From Phoronis australis (taxonomy: Eukaryota > Animalia > Phoronida), in assembly GCA_002633005.1 (NCBI GenBank), contig NMRA01000264.1:145102-209101 (forward strand): a DNA stretch of 64,000 bases. The letters are read 5' to 3'. Position 1 is the stretch's first letter. Each line of letters starts with the position of its first letter. Below the pieces are notes generated by a model. That model did no database searches. It saw nothing but the letters and a program-made list of their open reading frames with translations, and was not told the origin of the DNA. Below are positions 49,301 to 61,656 of the stretch, piece by piece. The position numbers and the translations under genes were made by a program.

Positions 49301-52300
49301 AACTTAATGACATCTCGGAGGACAGTGGTTTTGTATCACATACCACACATTAGTAGGGATCGTTTCTGACTTTGTTGTAAATGCGCACAACTTCTCAAAA
49401 CCTTGCCACACAATGGAATAAAACTTAAAACTAGAAAAGCATCAATGTAACATTTATGAAAAAAATTCACTTATCTAGTATATAGTGTTGTAAATTAGTA
49501 AGATCTTCCAATATTTCAATTTTATTGCCACAGAAGTCTTTTGAGTAGCTCTTTTCTTCAAAGTATTCTTTCATTGTAGTATGAACATATGGATCTGGGA
49601 TTCCGCAAACATAAATTTCAAAGCAGAAATGTTTGCACTGTACTAAAATTGGCAAGCTAGTAGTATTTTTTACTCATTTGTTCATTTTCTTATAAAACTT
49701 TTAAAGCAGAAGTCACACAATCATTTTTGAGTAGTTTTTACCAAGTAAGACCAACAATCAAAAAGATTTCAAAGCTAGAGGCAGTTTTCAGAAGAAGACC
49801 CTCACTTTTAACTTCGTTACGTTATAAGTGAGGGCGGCCCCCACACACCAGCACCAAAGAGGGCCAACAAGTGCTGTATAGATGTCAGCCTCTGGCTAGC
49901 AGGGAATTTGTATATGCCCAAGACAATGGCCAATGATGAATAAAAAACCCCAGAGCGAATATCAGACCCAGAAACACAACACCGTGAATCAATACAAGCA
50001 GATACATGATTGTTTATGAAACGGTAACCAATAGCCACCCAGACACCACACGCAGGTGATAATACGTGGGCCCAAAATCTAATCTACGATGAATTTGAAC
50101 TCCAACTTAGTTTGATATTTTCTGTTCTACTTTAGAACGAACTCAAGATAAACAATTTTGATCATGTCTTCCAGTGACTTAAGATGCATCATATTGAGGT
50201 CTTCATTTGCTTGTCGTATTGATGATCAAGCTATATCGGTGAACAAGCTGTATCGATGATCAAGTTGTATCGATGAACAAGCTGCATTGATGATGATTCA
50301 TCAAGCTGTCAAAACCCACTGTTAGCCTAGACCACTTATTATTTTAAAGATGCAAAGATTGTTTAATACTGCGACTGCCAACCTATAACTTATCGATTGA
50401 GAAACCCTTATAAACAGATTATAATTTCAATTGAAATTCAGAACGGACGTCCCATACTACCACCAGATTTTCACACAGAAATGCTGCATTCTGTAAACAC
50501 TACAGGTAATTTTTACGGCAAGATTCGAGTACCCATAGTGCATCACACAGCTGTATAGTTAAGCATGTTCAGCTTATCAGGACAGGATAATCGGTATCTG
50601 CTAAGATGAATATCATTAAAGGGCTCACGACAACTTTCCCATTATATGCAACCATGTTCAAAAATGCCCAAAATAAACAGTCACAAGTGAGAGGTATGGT
50701 TTTGCATTATAGTTACATCATAAATACAAAGAAAATATTAAACATGACCTCTTGAATTTTAACAATAAAAGCTTAAAGTCGTTTCCAATTAAACATCTAG
50801 TTTATGCTAGTTTTATAATAAGCCTGTCACCAAGATCTTATTCTATATTACAGAACTAGGTAAGTATTGTCTTTGTACGCAAACCTTGACCATTTTCTTT
50901 ATAAAGTTCAGTCTTTGTCCACCAATCTCAGTAGTAATATGGACCTAGGAACTAATATGAGATTGCTACCCAGGAAGTCACAAAACATTGCCCTGACCTG
51001 CATCAATACATGAGAAATTTTTGAAGTAAATATTCAAGTTTCTGTCCCTCAGCTATTCTGCCAATACTCTTTCTATTCACTACACAAACAATGACAACAT
51101 TCAGGTCATGTTGTTTTATTTTGTTGATGCAAAATTACACGTATTCATGCAGTCCCAATAGAAATACATAGTTGTAAAACTTGGCCACATTCAATACTTT
51201 AATGAAATGAACAGGTGAGGCATATAACTGTACTTGTATTTTGTTCAAGCTAAATTCAGCATTCACATTGCCTATGAACTCAGTGAGTACAGCAGAACCA
51301 GTTTCAATAATAAATCCTCTTTGAGACTGGACTTTTCCCCAAACTCAATTTCATAGTTTTTACTACTTTAAAAACCCTTCTGATGACCATCATAGTAATT
51401 ATCAATTTTATTTTAAATTAACATTATTATGCATGTAAATAAAAAGCAAAGAACCTTAGAATGCCACTCAATTTAATTGATTTTTTTACTCTCAAATTCA
51501 GTCTGTATCCACATCACCTCATGCACGGTTGATCTCAACTCATCAAGAGGTGTCGTGTTAACCTGTGAGGAAGGTGAGTACATGACGCAGCGACGTCAGT
51601 GGTTCGTCAGCTGAGTGTGTGCCATGATGGTGTGGCGTATCGTTCCTACTTTTGCGAACCATGAACTTACGAGGAAAGTGGGTACATCGTTTTTTCAATT
51701 TCCTCGAGAACAAGAAATGCTTCCAAATTGGCTTGCAGAAGTAAAGAATGAAAAGTACACCATTAATACCAAGTATGAGGCCATGAAATATCTGTGTCTG
51801 TGGCCTGCATTGTTCTGTTTCAAAATGAATTATTCTCACCTTAGCCAATGTTTAAGGAAAACTGAAACAAAGTATGTCTCAGTAGAAACAATATGTAATG
51901 CTTCTGAAGTGTTGGTAAGAGTAAATGATTGGAGAAACCAACCATGAATAAATCATACTGTGTTTCCAACTTCAGATGCAATAAAACTATTGACCAGGCA
52001 CCAGGCTGGCACCCAGACCATGTAAGCGCATGCTAATTCAGTGTTTGATGACAGAAAGCTGTTGTGAAATAAAAAAACTCATTTATATGCTATGTTCAGT
52101 TGTTAGAAAATTTTTATTTAAGTATATTTTATATTTACATTATTCAATCATTGTTATTGCACAACATTTGCCCTAGGTGTTCTTTGCAAGGGGAACCTAG
52201 TACTGACTTCACAGCACCCCCCCCCCCAAGCAGAATTGCAATTTCGCGACCAATTCACCAAAATATTCTCCTGCACATTATTTCTTTTGGTTCACTACTC

Positions 52301-55300
52301 CTAATCTTTTCGTGACTGGAAGTTTAGTTTTCAACCTTGGCATCGGCTAGTTTATGTGCGTGATGTAGTCCAGTTGACAATGGGCCTGATCCGGGTTCCG
52401 AGCCACAGGGTTATAACAAGTGTTTTGTGTGTTTAGAACTGAAAAAATTTGCAAGTCTGAAATCACAACACAAGGCTATGCTCTTCTGTCTGTATTTCAC
52501 GGAAGAATAATTCTAATTTATCGCCGAATAAATAGTTGGCCTACCAAGCTTTGTTGGCTCAGTATGTTCAAAATTTCTGTAAATCCGTAACATATTGTTA
52601 GATCCCATGATGTCAATTTCAGCACCTTCATCTGCCGTCTAGTGTCAGGTAAAATAACTAAACTTGCTGTTACTGAGTAGAACTACTCGATCTAATTGAT
52701 ACAAATTGGTTCCTAGATACAAAATCAGTGTTCTCCACAACACTTAATCCAAACACAACCGAAATTTCTTGACAAGTTCAGTGTCAGTAGTCAACATTGT
52801 CTTTTCTGTAGCACCATTTTTTGCTGGAGGTATTTATATATGTTTCCAAACTGTACACTGAACTGGTGTGACCTACTTTTTGACAGGTCTAAGTGTAGTT
52901 TTCCTAGCAGTGTATCACATACCGTAATCGTTCGGGTTAACGCCCATGGTCAGTTAACCGCCCATCCCCGACTTTAAGTGGATTTTCGATTTAACCGCCC
53001 ACTGCTCGGTTAAGCGCCCCCCTGCGATTTTTGAAGATTTCCAGTTAAGCGCCCACCTCTCGGTTAAGCGCCCATCCCCGACTTTTAAAGAAGGAAGATT
53101 TAGCGCCTAGTGCTAAGGAAACGCGCGATTCCCCGACTTTTAGAAAAAGATCAATGATCACAATGAGTGCAACGACGCCGGGACTCCGAGACGGTGGTCT
53201 AGCAATCTGAATTACAATACAGGTAACGAGTTACTGTCTTGGGTCATGAACTCACTTCAAAATATAATACTTGAACCTTTTTGTCACTTTATTTTCTTCC
53301 CTTGTTTGCAAACTTTTAAGAACGCCGCCGGCGTCAAAACCTCCGCTTTCATTGACTTTGTCTGCCGCGCTGAGTTTCCGTCTGTAGTGCACTAGATAAA
53401 ACATATATTCGAAAAAATCAGGCCAGAGAAATGTGACAATGGTTTAAATTGCCAACCTTCCAAATTCTATTAAGGTGGGAAGCTCTCGTATTTTGAACAA
53501 CTCTCACAACTCACGGAAAGATATCAAATTCGCAATATTTTGATGAATATAACTGCCGGGTTATAGAGGATGTGGGGCGACCGAAGGGACAGTACAAGTG
53601 CCTTACTGGGTTACCGATTTCGTTGCTGCCTCTCGATTTCTGAATTCAAACGTTGGCAATAATGTATGTTTGGGTATGATCTTGAAGTAATAAAAAGCGG
53701 CTAGTCAAATTTTTGGTTTTTCGCTTATTGCATCTCAGTCAAACTGGTTAGCAGATTTAACTAATGTCGCTGGCTGTTCTTTACTATTCCTTGCGTCAGC
53801 CCCCACGTAAGTGTGACTGTGTGAATTATCGTTTCCACATCCCCTTTTTAGCCATCCCGAATAATTTTGTTAATACATTGGCCATTTTTAGCCTGAACAA
53901 AAATTCTTACCATTCAAATCTGAAATATCTACGACGTAGACTGCTTGACGGTAGTGGGGTAGGAGATTCACGCAGCTAGTTACAGGGATGGGCTTAGGGA
54001 GCATCGAGCCGGGAAATATGGGAATAGACTTGACATCGCAGTTTTGGGGAACATTGACAACGGAGGAATATCGTAAAGAACTGGGTCTTTCATAACAGCA
54101 GCTTAAAAGTACATAGTCACGCCCGTTTGTGTTACTTCGTCAGACTGTCGCTATGTGTGACTGATTTGTAGTGGTGCACGTGCGCAAGTTCCCACACTTT
54201 GGAGTGCATGTTACCTTGACACCAACAAGTGATTGACAGGTGACTCACACGTAGGCCATACGTGCGAGCTGAATACCCGCCACTATCTTTGGCCATAAAA
54301 AACGAGATGCATATTGAAAGAGGCCGTTATATTACTTGACGGCATTTCCAAGTCACGATTGTCAGCCGACTGAGACATTGCGCGAGAACAGCGGGACCGA
54401 ACAGTGCCGCAGTGCGATATTACAAGCGATATAAATAGGATAATCTGGACATCTTGCATGAAAAATAAATGTTTTTCCACCACGAAGTTTGGTAAGGTGA
54501 TCGTTTAGAATAANNNNNNNNNNNNNNNNNNNNNNNNNNNNNNNNNNNNNNNNNNNNNNNNNNNNNNNNNNNNNNNNNNNNNNNNNNNNNNNNNNNNNNN
54601 NNNNNNNNNNNNNNNNNNNNNNNNNNNNNNNNNNNNNNNNNNNNNNNNNNNNNNNNNNNNNNNNNNNNNAAAAAAACTCATTTATATGCTATGTTCAGTT
54701 GTTAGAAAATTTTTATTTAAGTATATTTTATATTTACATTATTCAATCATTGTTATTGCACAACATTTGCCCTAGGTGTTCTTTGCAAGGGGAACCTAGT
54801 ACTGACTTCACAGCACCCCCCCCCCCAAGCAGAATTGCAATTTCGCAACCAATTCACCAAAATATTCTCCTGCACATTATTTCCTTTGGTTCACTAGTCC
54901 TAATCTTTTTGTGACTGGAAGTTTAGTTTTCAACCTTGGCATCGGCTAGTTTATGTGCGTGATGTAGTCCAGTTGGCAATGGGCCTGATCCGGGTTCCGA
55001 GCCACTGGGTTATAACAAGTGTTTTGTGTGTTTAGAACTGAAAAAATTTGCAAGTCTGAAATCACAACACAAGGCTATGCTCTTCTGTCTGTATTTCACG
55101 GAAGAATAATTCTAATTTATCACTGAATAAATAGTTGGCCTACCAAGCTTTGTTGGCTCAGTATGTTCAAAATTTCTGTAAATCCGTAACATATTGTTAG
55201 ATCCCATGACGTCATCGGTCAATTTCAGCACCTTCATCTGCCGTCTAATGTCAGGTAAAATAACTAAACTTGCTGTTACTGAGTAGAACTACTCGATCTA

Positions 55301-58300
55301 ATTGATACAAATTGGTTCCTAAATACAAAATCAGTGTTCTCCACAACACTAAATCCAAACACAACGGAAATTTCTAGACAAGTTCAGTGTCAGTAGTCAA
55401 CATTGTCTTTTCTCTAGCACCATTTTTTGCTGGAGGTATTTATATATGTTTCCAAACTGTACACTGAACTGGTGTGACCTACTTTTTGACAGGTCTAAGC
55501 GTAGTTTTCCTAACAGTGTATCACATAAGTCCTCCAAAGCATTCATGACAGACCCGGAACAGCAAACAAAAGGTTAAAAGTTCCTTTAATAATACCAATG
55601 CCAATTCTAATATCAATTATACATGTGTTCTGATATGACCTAATTTGCAGCGGCATTCTCCTTTAAGGTTACGGAGGTTATGATACTTTTCCACAAGAAT
55701 GTGCATTTAGCCAAACATAGATCTACAATACCAAAAAATTTGATTTTAAAAAGTAGTATTTTCTGAAAATAAAAACCTTTAGAGTTTGATTTTTTCTTTT
55801 TACCAATTAGCCATTCATTAGGAAACGAGACCATGTCTTTTTAGTAGAATTTATGAAAAAAGTTACATTCACAGCAAAATCACATGACCAGATTTCATTT
55901 GAGATCTCAAAAATGCTGTCACGTTACGAGTATAGTTTCTAAAATATCATTTCTTTTTGATTTCATACAACTTATGACTTTTTTCACAAAATCCTACTTT
56001 TGATAACCCTTTTGCAAAAGAGCGACATTTTCAAAAATAATTCCTAACAGCATTTTGGACATCAGTGCATAAAGCATACATGTAAAAGTGTCACTTGAAT
56101 CTGATCAGCAATTTTTGAGATACAATGTTTCAAAGTTCGGCAAATTTGGACCTTTCTAGAGCCCTACAGAATCATAACAACCAGGTCAAAAACATGACAC
56201 AAGTAGTAAAGATGTTGAATTTAGTTTAACCACAATAAAATTTGAAGTCCAAACTGCACACTTTGTGGTTTTCCTCCTAATTAGAATGCCTATTTTTATC
56301 ATTCCTAGAATGCGGCCCTGAAAGATGTTTTTCTTATATTAGTGCTGATAGAAATAAAAGTTGACAGTATTTTTTCCTCCATTTGAAGCATTTATGGCAG
56401 CTTCAATTTCATGTTTCCCCTTCCATATTAAAGTGGCCACAGAAGTGATTTTCTAGGCTTCCTAGAGTCGAATGGACTACGGCCTGCTATATCCCATGAA
56501 GTACAAGCAGCAATAAACCAGGCCACCTTCCATTAAAAAACTAATTAATTTGGGGGTACTTACCACCACAATAGCTTATTCCTTTCCCAGATTAGATGAG
56601 ATACAATAGACATGGGCATGGACAGAGCTGAGATTTCGTTACTGCTTCAGACCAGGCTAAATTAGGTGGCTAATGTTACAGCGGGTCATCTTGTGCTCCG
56701 AGCACGAGTCGGGAATTATGCCAGAATTCTAGAAACCCATGGTTAGCTAGGAATGTAAGGTTTCTAGCATACAGTGAGTTCCTCCCTAGCCAACAAATTG
56801 TACCCTCATCTGAGTAAAGAACACAGTCAGGTTAACACCAGTTTTATTGCATCAAAAGCATTCGTGGCCAAAGGTGGATTTAGGCTACTTTAATCTCATA
56901 ATATCATCTAAGACTTTAAGCAGATCGATTCAAATAGGAATTAACTGAACAGCATAGATACGAACTCATGTGTCCATTTATCACCTCAGTGAAGAATAGA
57001 TCATGTCTAAAGTTGGCCAAAAATTAGACATTTTTCTAGGGTCCTTCATAACCTTAACTGAATAGCACAGATACTAACTTATGTTCATTTATCATCTAAG
57101 TGAAGATCATCTCCATGACTATTTATAGATAAGTTGAACCCATTTCGTGAAATGTTCATGTTTTAACTGTTATTATTTCTTTGATATCACAGAGGTGAGA
57201 AGATCTGCTTGGCTGAACTCATGTTATCAATATGGGAGTCCGTACCAGTATCATTTAGAATGAAGACTTGAAATGGACAGTGCCTCCACTGCGCTTCATC
57301 TGAATCACATGATGTCAGTCATAGCTAATCAACTGAACAAATTTGGTTGAACTTGCAAACATCATAATTTCCTCTAGAAAGAAACAAGAGTCCAACCCTT
57401 CCATTGTGTCACAATCATTATCAGTTGACAGTACATAACCAAGGTGTATCAGCAGCTTCACAATTCTAGGTCAACGTTGCCATTCGTTGGTCACCCTGAA
57501 TTTCTAACAAAGTAATTAAATACAGAGTCCAGTCATTAACTGTCAAGACTTTTTGCGGATAAAGAAAAAGATGAGAATTTTTACAATTTCTGAGACTGAC
57601 ATTTTTCCCAAACTTTCACTGAACTTTTATTTACCTTAATTAATTGACCTCAATGATTTAAATCAAAAAGCGTGTTTTTTCTTTATAGTTTCTTGTTGTG
57701 TTATCTATAAAGACATTGACACTCATAATGAAATTTACACTAGAGAAATAAAACTTAGGTTCTTGTGACAAATGCAGGTCACATACGTCTGTATGGCTAC
57801 ATGTGGTATCAAGTGGTTAGAATATGGAACACTCTTTCTCATTATCAATCAGCCGCAGATACTAAAAACAACTTTCCCATTCAGCTTTCAGAAACAAAAT
57901 AGTGACCCGTAACCCTCAACAATCCTCAAAGTTTAGCTCTAGGAAAATTTGAAAACTCTTTTCAAAGTCTTCTAAATAGGCTAGCGTAACCGAAGCTTTT
58001 AGCAACTTACATATCTGTGGGAAAAGACCACACCAAGGACTGCAATATCCAATTTGTGAGATTGGGAGTATGAGTTTTTAGTTAATTCCTGCCCTTACCT
58101 TTTGAGATTGACACCAATGATGTAAGCAGGTCACGACAGAACAAGGATTGGTTGAAATCATCAAAACAGGGTTTTGTATACTTTTAAGTATTTGTACCTC
58201 ATATCCAATATAAAAAAACCTTGAATATATTCTATTACACTTTATAGGCCTAAGGCAAATGGCCTGTCCACCGCGCATGAAACCCAGTAAACTCGTTGTT

Positions 58301-58540
58301 CTAGCAGCTAAGAGCTAAGGCGGTAGGCAACAGGCAGCCCCTCAGTTGGCCGGTTAGGGACTACAATACTTCCCATCACTTTCAGTACGAATTTTGTCCC
58401 GTGTATTTTAAACGGGCGGTATAGGCCAAATCCAGCCACCGATTAAGAGTTTTCACCTCGTCAAAAATACATTCCACACCTAAAACTATCACTTAAAAAA
58501 GCGCTTACTTTCTTCGTTGGTCCTTTCTACTTCTACACAT
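34215..58540 (-). CDS. LMNTD1: Lamin-tail-domain (LMNTD1/2-like) protein with a full intermediate-filament rod, ~1142 aa; first exon tentative
   Basis: 13 exons join in frame (3429 nt). Coil 1A is RLQEKQELRELNDRLSTYLQRV and the rod end is LKAEIESLRTMLEEEE. The LTD (GDIRILEVNKDGRYVRLVN..YRFPP..NSTITVW..HQPPTDFVWKEQEKW..CTTILCKPNGQAIAW) matches the recalled LMNTD1 signature. Confidence 0.85.
35658..35771 (-). CDS. LMNTD1: LMNTD-like alternative C-terminal exon
   Basis: ctttacag|MGTIRYGLPSPFLSPLQQEYNQAVETKSTHLNRLVAC*|gtaggc; phase 0, in frame. Confidence 0.6.
   Translation of the reverse strand: MGTIRYGLPSPFLSPLQQEYNQAVETKSTHLNRLVAC
36441..36550 (-). CDS. LMNTD1: LMNTD-like exon (tail)
   Basis: ttctag|GQPYCGASAQRMGSAPLRKY..ANKS|gtaagt. 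Confidence 0.85.
36986..37355 (-). CDS. LMNTD1: LMNTD-like exon (LTD end and tail)
   Basis: ctgcag|AIAWTTAAHRFTPNAFEE..RQSRSQTARPDPVK|gtgtgt. Confidence 0.85.
37742..37972 (-). CDS. LMNTD1: LMNTD-like exon (LTD core)
   Basis: ctctag|DADFGGFLVQQNVGGHPVAVYRFPP..ILCKPNGQ|gtaggg. Confidence 0.93.
38325..38578 (-). CDS. LMNTD1: LMNTD-like exon (LTD start)
   Basis: tttcag|NSQRDANFVSASLGQGKDYFDQMF..SSATGDIRILEVNKDGRYVRLVNNSTSK|gtatgc. Confidence 0.92.
39000..39343 (-). CDS. LMNTD1: LMNTD-like exon (Pro-rich linker)
   Basis: ttccag|LRFPAVSTP..GPVRAKSAP|gtatgg. Confidence 0.88.
39898..40118 (-). CDS. LMNTD1: LMNTD-like exon (end of coil 2)
   Basis: ttttag|LIHMEHQKK..LKAEIESLRTMLEEEER|gtatgt. Confidence 0.9.
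40394..40519 (-). CDS. LMNTD1: LMNTD-like exon (coil 2)
   Basis: gtgcag|MTSLTAQMREDSVSLENL..KIRNLQGQ|gtaagt. Confidence 0.88.
41579..41858 (-). CDS. LMNTD1: LMNTD-like exon (end of coil 1B, L12, coil 2)
   Basis: acctag|YEKELVMRQEAEDKAHSLSKKIEF..EHNYKQN|gtatgt. Confidence 0.9.
42721..42909 (-). CDS. LMNTD1: LMNTD-like exon (coil 1B)
   Basis: tttcag|LAIEGNKNTKLMDEINRLQ..ENADLKR|gtgggt. Confidence 0.9.
43287..43353 (-). mobile_element. tRNA-derived SINE head (degenerate)
   Basis: Minus strand carries A-box tggtcaagtgg and B-box ggttcaagatcc; no complete cloverleaf. Confidence 0.5.
43495..43584 (-). CDS. LMNTD1: LMNTD-like exon (coil 1B)
   Basis: tcacag|QQLDDVSREKTHYHMHMQKNEGLASSLQD|gttagt. 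Confidence 0.88.
43934..44959 (-). CDS. LMNTD1: LMNTD-like large exon (long head and coil 1A)
   Basis: ttttcag|FSPKQRTT..NPTLNRLQEKQELRELNDRLSTYLQRV..LYEMELVSV|gtaagt; open throughout. Confidence 0.9.
48160..48860 (-). mobile_element. Helentron-associated (HINE/DINE-1-like) element, 3'-truncated
   Basis: Minus-strand start TTATGTGCCCACATATTTATATGTGGACGCAT (subterminal inverted repeat), then (GTCC)n microsatellite, then tandem units each containing cc(c/a/t)cctagtgg. Confidence 0.75.
50221..50292. repeat. 17-bp tandem repeat x4
   Basis: Unit gatgatcaagctgtatc. Confidence 0.7.
52922..54513. mobile_element. Pogo/Tc1-mariner-like DNA transposon, left part (runs into the assembly gap)
   Basis: Begins TA|CCGTAATCGTTCGG with repeated subterminal ttaa(g/c)cgccc motifs; absent from the duplicate flank at 55526-55527. 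Confidence 0.7.
54514..54669. other. Assembly gap (156 N)
   Basis: Run of N. Confidence 0.99.
58509..58540 (-). CDS. LMNTD1: Probable first coding exon of the LMNTD-like gene
   Basis: ATG TGT AGA AGT AGA AAG GAC CAA CGA AGA AA|gtaagc; phase 2 matches the acceptor at 44959; lies in a CpG-richer promoter-like region. Confidence 0.5.
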
Positions 58541-58599
58541 ATCTTCGATGAAGCTTAGTTACGAGAATTAACGTGACTTTGGCGAAAAATTCCAACTCC

Positions 58600-58919
58600 T
58601 CTTTTTTGGTCATCGTAAACTTTTTCACCACAAGCGCGAAAACCACAAACTATTTCAACTGAGTCACTTAAGTTAGGCAAAGACTTGCGTGAGACTGAAC
58701 AAAGCATGTGTGATGGTGCCGCGTGACACTTAAAATAGCATGGGAAGGTATCAGGTGAAAGTTGTAAGATTCGTGTCCCCTGGACTTTTTATTCGTCAAC
58801 ATGCGTGATTTCACGTAACTTCCTCAAAATGGCTCCCGGTAACCGAAACTCGAGCAAACCGTGACAGATTTTCATCGATTTGTTCAAATTATCTTGACTG
58901 AATCATCTCCAGACTTTTG
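58600..58919. promoter_or_regulatory. Candidate bidirectional promoter and non-coding AAR2 exon 1
   Basis: CpG-enriched; TCACGT, ETS-like ACTTCC and YY1-like CAAAATGGC at about 58810-58833; + strand donor ttg|gtatgt at 58919/58920; divergent - strand donor at 58508. Confidence 0.45.
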
Positions 58920-59300
58920 GTATGTGGTAATTACAACTCCATGTGCATATAAGCATGTTTCATTTGAATTTTTTCCTGTATTTTGAAATTCGTAACTTTT
59001 TGTGGGGATGTACTATCGCCCCCGGCCTGTATGCCTGCGGCATCCAAGGCGATGTAATTGCCTAGTGAGGCGGCTGCTGAGCGAGTCATATTCCACAGTG
59101 AGGTTGCGGTGAAAAATTCCAGCCACTCAAAAACTGTCTGTTGGGCCATTTACAGTCAGTTTTCAATGACAGTACTTACGACCGTACAGCCCCTACTGCT
59201 GTTATACTTTTGATCCTGATAGGTTTTACAACACTTTTGACATATCAAGGACTCTACTTAAATAGTGACCTATGGTCGTTGTAGTGACCACATGTTTGAT

Positions 59301-59598
59301 CATAGGCGGATTTAAGGGGGGAGCCCATTAGGCCTGTACCTCCCCCCTTGGCTGCTGACAAAAAAAATAAAACAGCAAGAGTGTGAGGAAATATTGAGTT
59401 TACCAATTAATCCTAACCCTAGTAATGAACATGCAGTTGAGATAAGATTTAGCAAGCGTTCTCCCTTTTTTTGTTCTCCGCTCATATTTTAGTAGAGTCC
59501 ACATTCCCAAAAATTGGCCATTTTAGGCTGAGTGCGCACGTGCAATTGTGCTTTGCAAAATGTTTCGGCCACCTCATGGTATCCTAGATCCGCCACTG
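59301..59598. mobile_element. hAT-like non-autonomous element (degenerate)
   Basis: Termini cataggcggattta / tagatccgccactg; no clear TSD. Confidence 0.4.
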
Positions 59599-60739
59599 TT
59601 GACAGCTGTACACTGTGGAATTGGGCACTGGTCATAGGCGTATGTCCCTGATTTAGAGAACCAGGTAATCACTGAACAGTGGATGAAGTTGCTTCTGTAA
59701 ATCAGGGACTGCTATCAAACCAGTTAACCTAACAGTGTCGGATTGGTTAACGGTCAGCATCAATCAAGATGTTGGCCCACTGGCACTACAAGGTCGGCGT
59801 GTTGGCCTCCGGCTCGAGCCAGTTTCGAAAACAAACCGGCATGACACTGACCACGCGGCCACTGGAGACTGCAGTCTCTTACTAAATCACAAGCTTTGTT
59901 TTCGAGCTAAAGTATTACGGAATTATTTGAAAATAAAAAACTCACCTAAATTATGAGCTCAGCTCTAGACGGGGCCGCAGAAGTTCATTTGAAGAGGGCC
60001 AAACGCGGGCAAGATTTGTTTTGGGTTGCCATATAAATGCCACTCGGGCAAACTTCTTTTAGGGAAGGCAATTGGAACCAATGTTATTTTCGCAAACTCA
60101 TAGAAAAACATCTAAATTAAAATACTACTACTACTACTGTTATTATAATACGTATTTTATACGAAATATACTATTGCTTCAATTCAAAAGTCCTGGAAAA
60201 AATTATCTATCCATTTGTTTTATTAATTGACAATTTTTAACAACAAAATGTTTCTCTCCATAAGAATAAGAGATCAAAGTGTGTTGTGAAAAGTCACTAA
60301 GAAAACACACATTATTTTACAGGTTTTAGGTCTATGATATGAATCAAATATAGGAATCTATGAATTAATCCGTGAAAGAAGGATGAGTATCGAATAAATT
60401 CGGTTCACAGATGACCAACTGCCAAAAGTTAGCTAACTTTTGTCCAATCTGCCGTACGATGGATTTACGACACTAATTTACGGCACTGCTTTACGGCTTG
60501 GCTTGGAACTTGCGAAGTTGGATACCTTGTGTGGTTGCAAGTTGGGCCGTTTCGCTTGCAGTTGTCTGTCTGTTGTTCGGCTACCGAGTGAAACATAAAT
60601 CTTGATGTTGTCAACGGACTCGGATTGGAATTAAGAACACGTGTGAATCTTTACGAATTTAAGATTTATTTTTAAGGGATCAGCCCGCCCCGTAGCCAGC
60701 CATGAAGACTGTCGTGACAAAATACAGCTAGACTAGGTA

Positions 60740-61656
60740 TAGGCAATGACCATCGCCTCTGTTGGCCCGAACCAGAGGCGATGTAGAGGCTATAGGCGCT
60801 CTGTACGCCGGAAGCTTTTCGGCGAATTATGCCTCGCACCGACTAAACCATCAAAGCGACGTTGTTATAACTACCTTTTGGCCCTTTTGCGCATAGACGA
60901 ACACCTTAGGTCCTTAGGAGGTTGTCGTTGTGATTAATTCCTTCCAACTCGAACAAATACTCCCGTTATGAAACTTTTTCTTCGAGCAGTCCCTATTTCA
61001 GTTCCCAAAATCGTGAAGTCACCATTTTTATACTGCGCACGCTCCAATTCATGACCTCAATCTTTAAATAGGCCAAAGGTGAGCCATTGCGGTCTTGTCA
61101 GTCAAATGTTCGTTTCCAAAATGCCACCACTTATACTTGTCTTTAATTGGCGTTACTTGAAACTGATTGTATTTCAATGAATCATTGTTTGTATTTGATA
61201 AAAATAAATGCTGTTGATATGACATTTAATAGTCTTTGTGCACATATTTGACATTTTAATGTTTAACAACACGGCAAATGCACGGCTGGTTCCCGGCAGC
61301 ACGTACGCGAAGGGCGGGAACTTCAGCTTTCAAAGTTCGCCGGTAGGTCCGCAACTTCTGACCTTCGGCCTGGTTAAAAAAATGAAAAAGTTGATTTCAC
61401 GATTTTGGGAACTGAAATAGGGACTGCTCGAAGAAAAAGTTTCATAACGGGAGTATTTGTTCGAGTTGGAAGAACTTAAACACATCGACAACCTCCTAAG
61501 GTGTTCGTCTATGCGCAAAAGGTAGTTATAACAACGTGGCTTTGATGGTTTAGTCGGTGCGAGGCATAATTCGCCGAAAAGCTTCCGGCGTACAGAGCGC
61601 CTATAGCCTCTACATCACCTCAGGTTCGGGCCAACAGAGGCGATGGTCATTGCCTA
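60740..61656. mobile_element. Mutator-like (MULE) non-autonomous foldback element, 917 bp
   Basis: ~290-bp near-identical inverted arms (TAGGCAATGACC...GGTCATTGCCTA) and a perfect 9-bp TSD gactaggta at 60731-60739 and 61657-61665. Confidence 0.88.
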
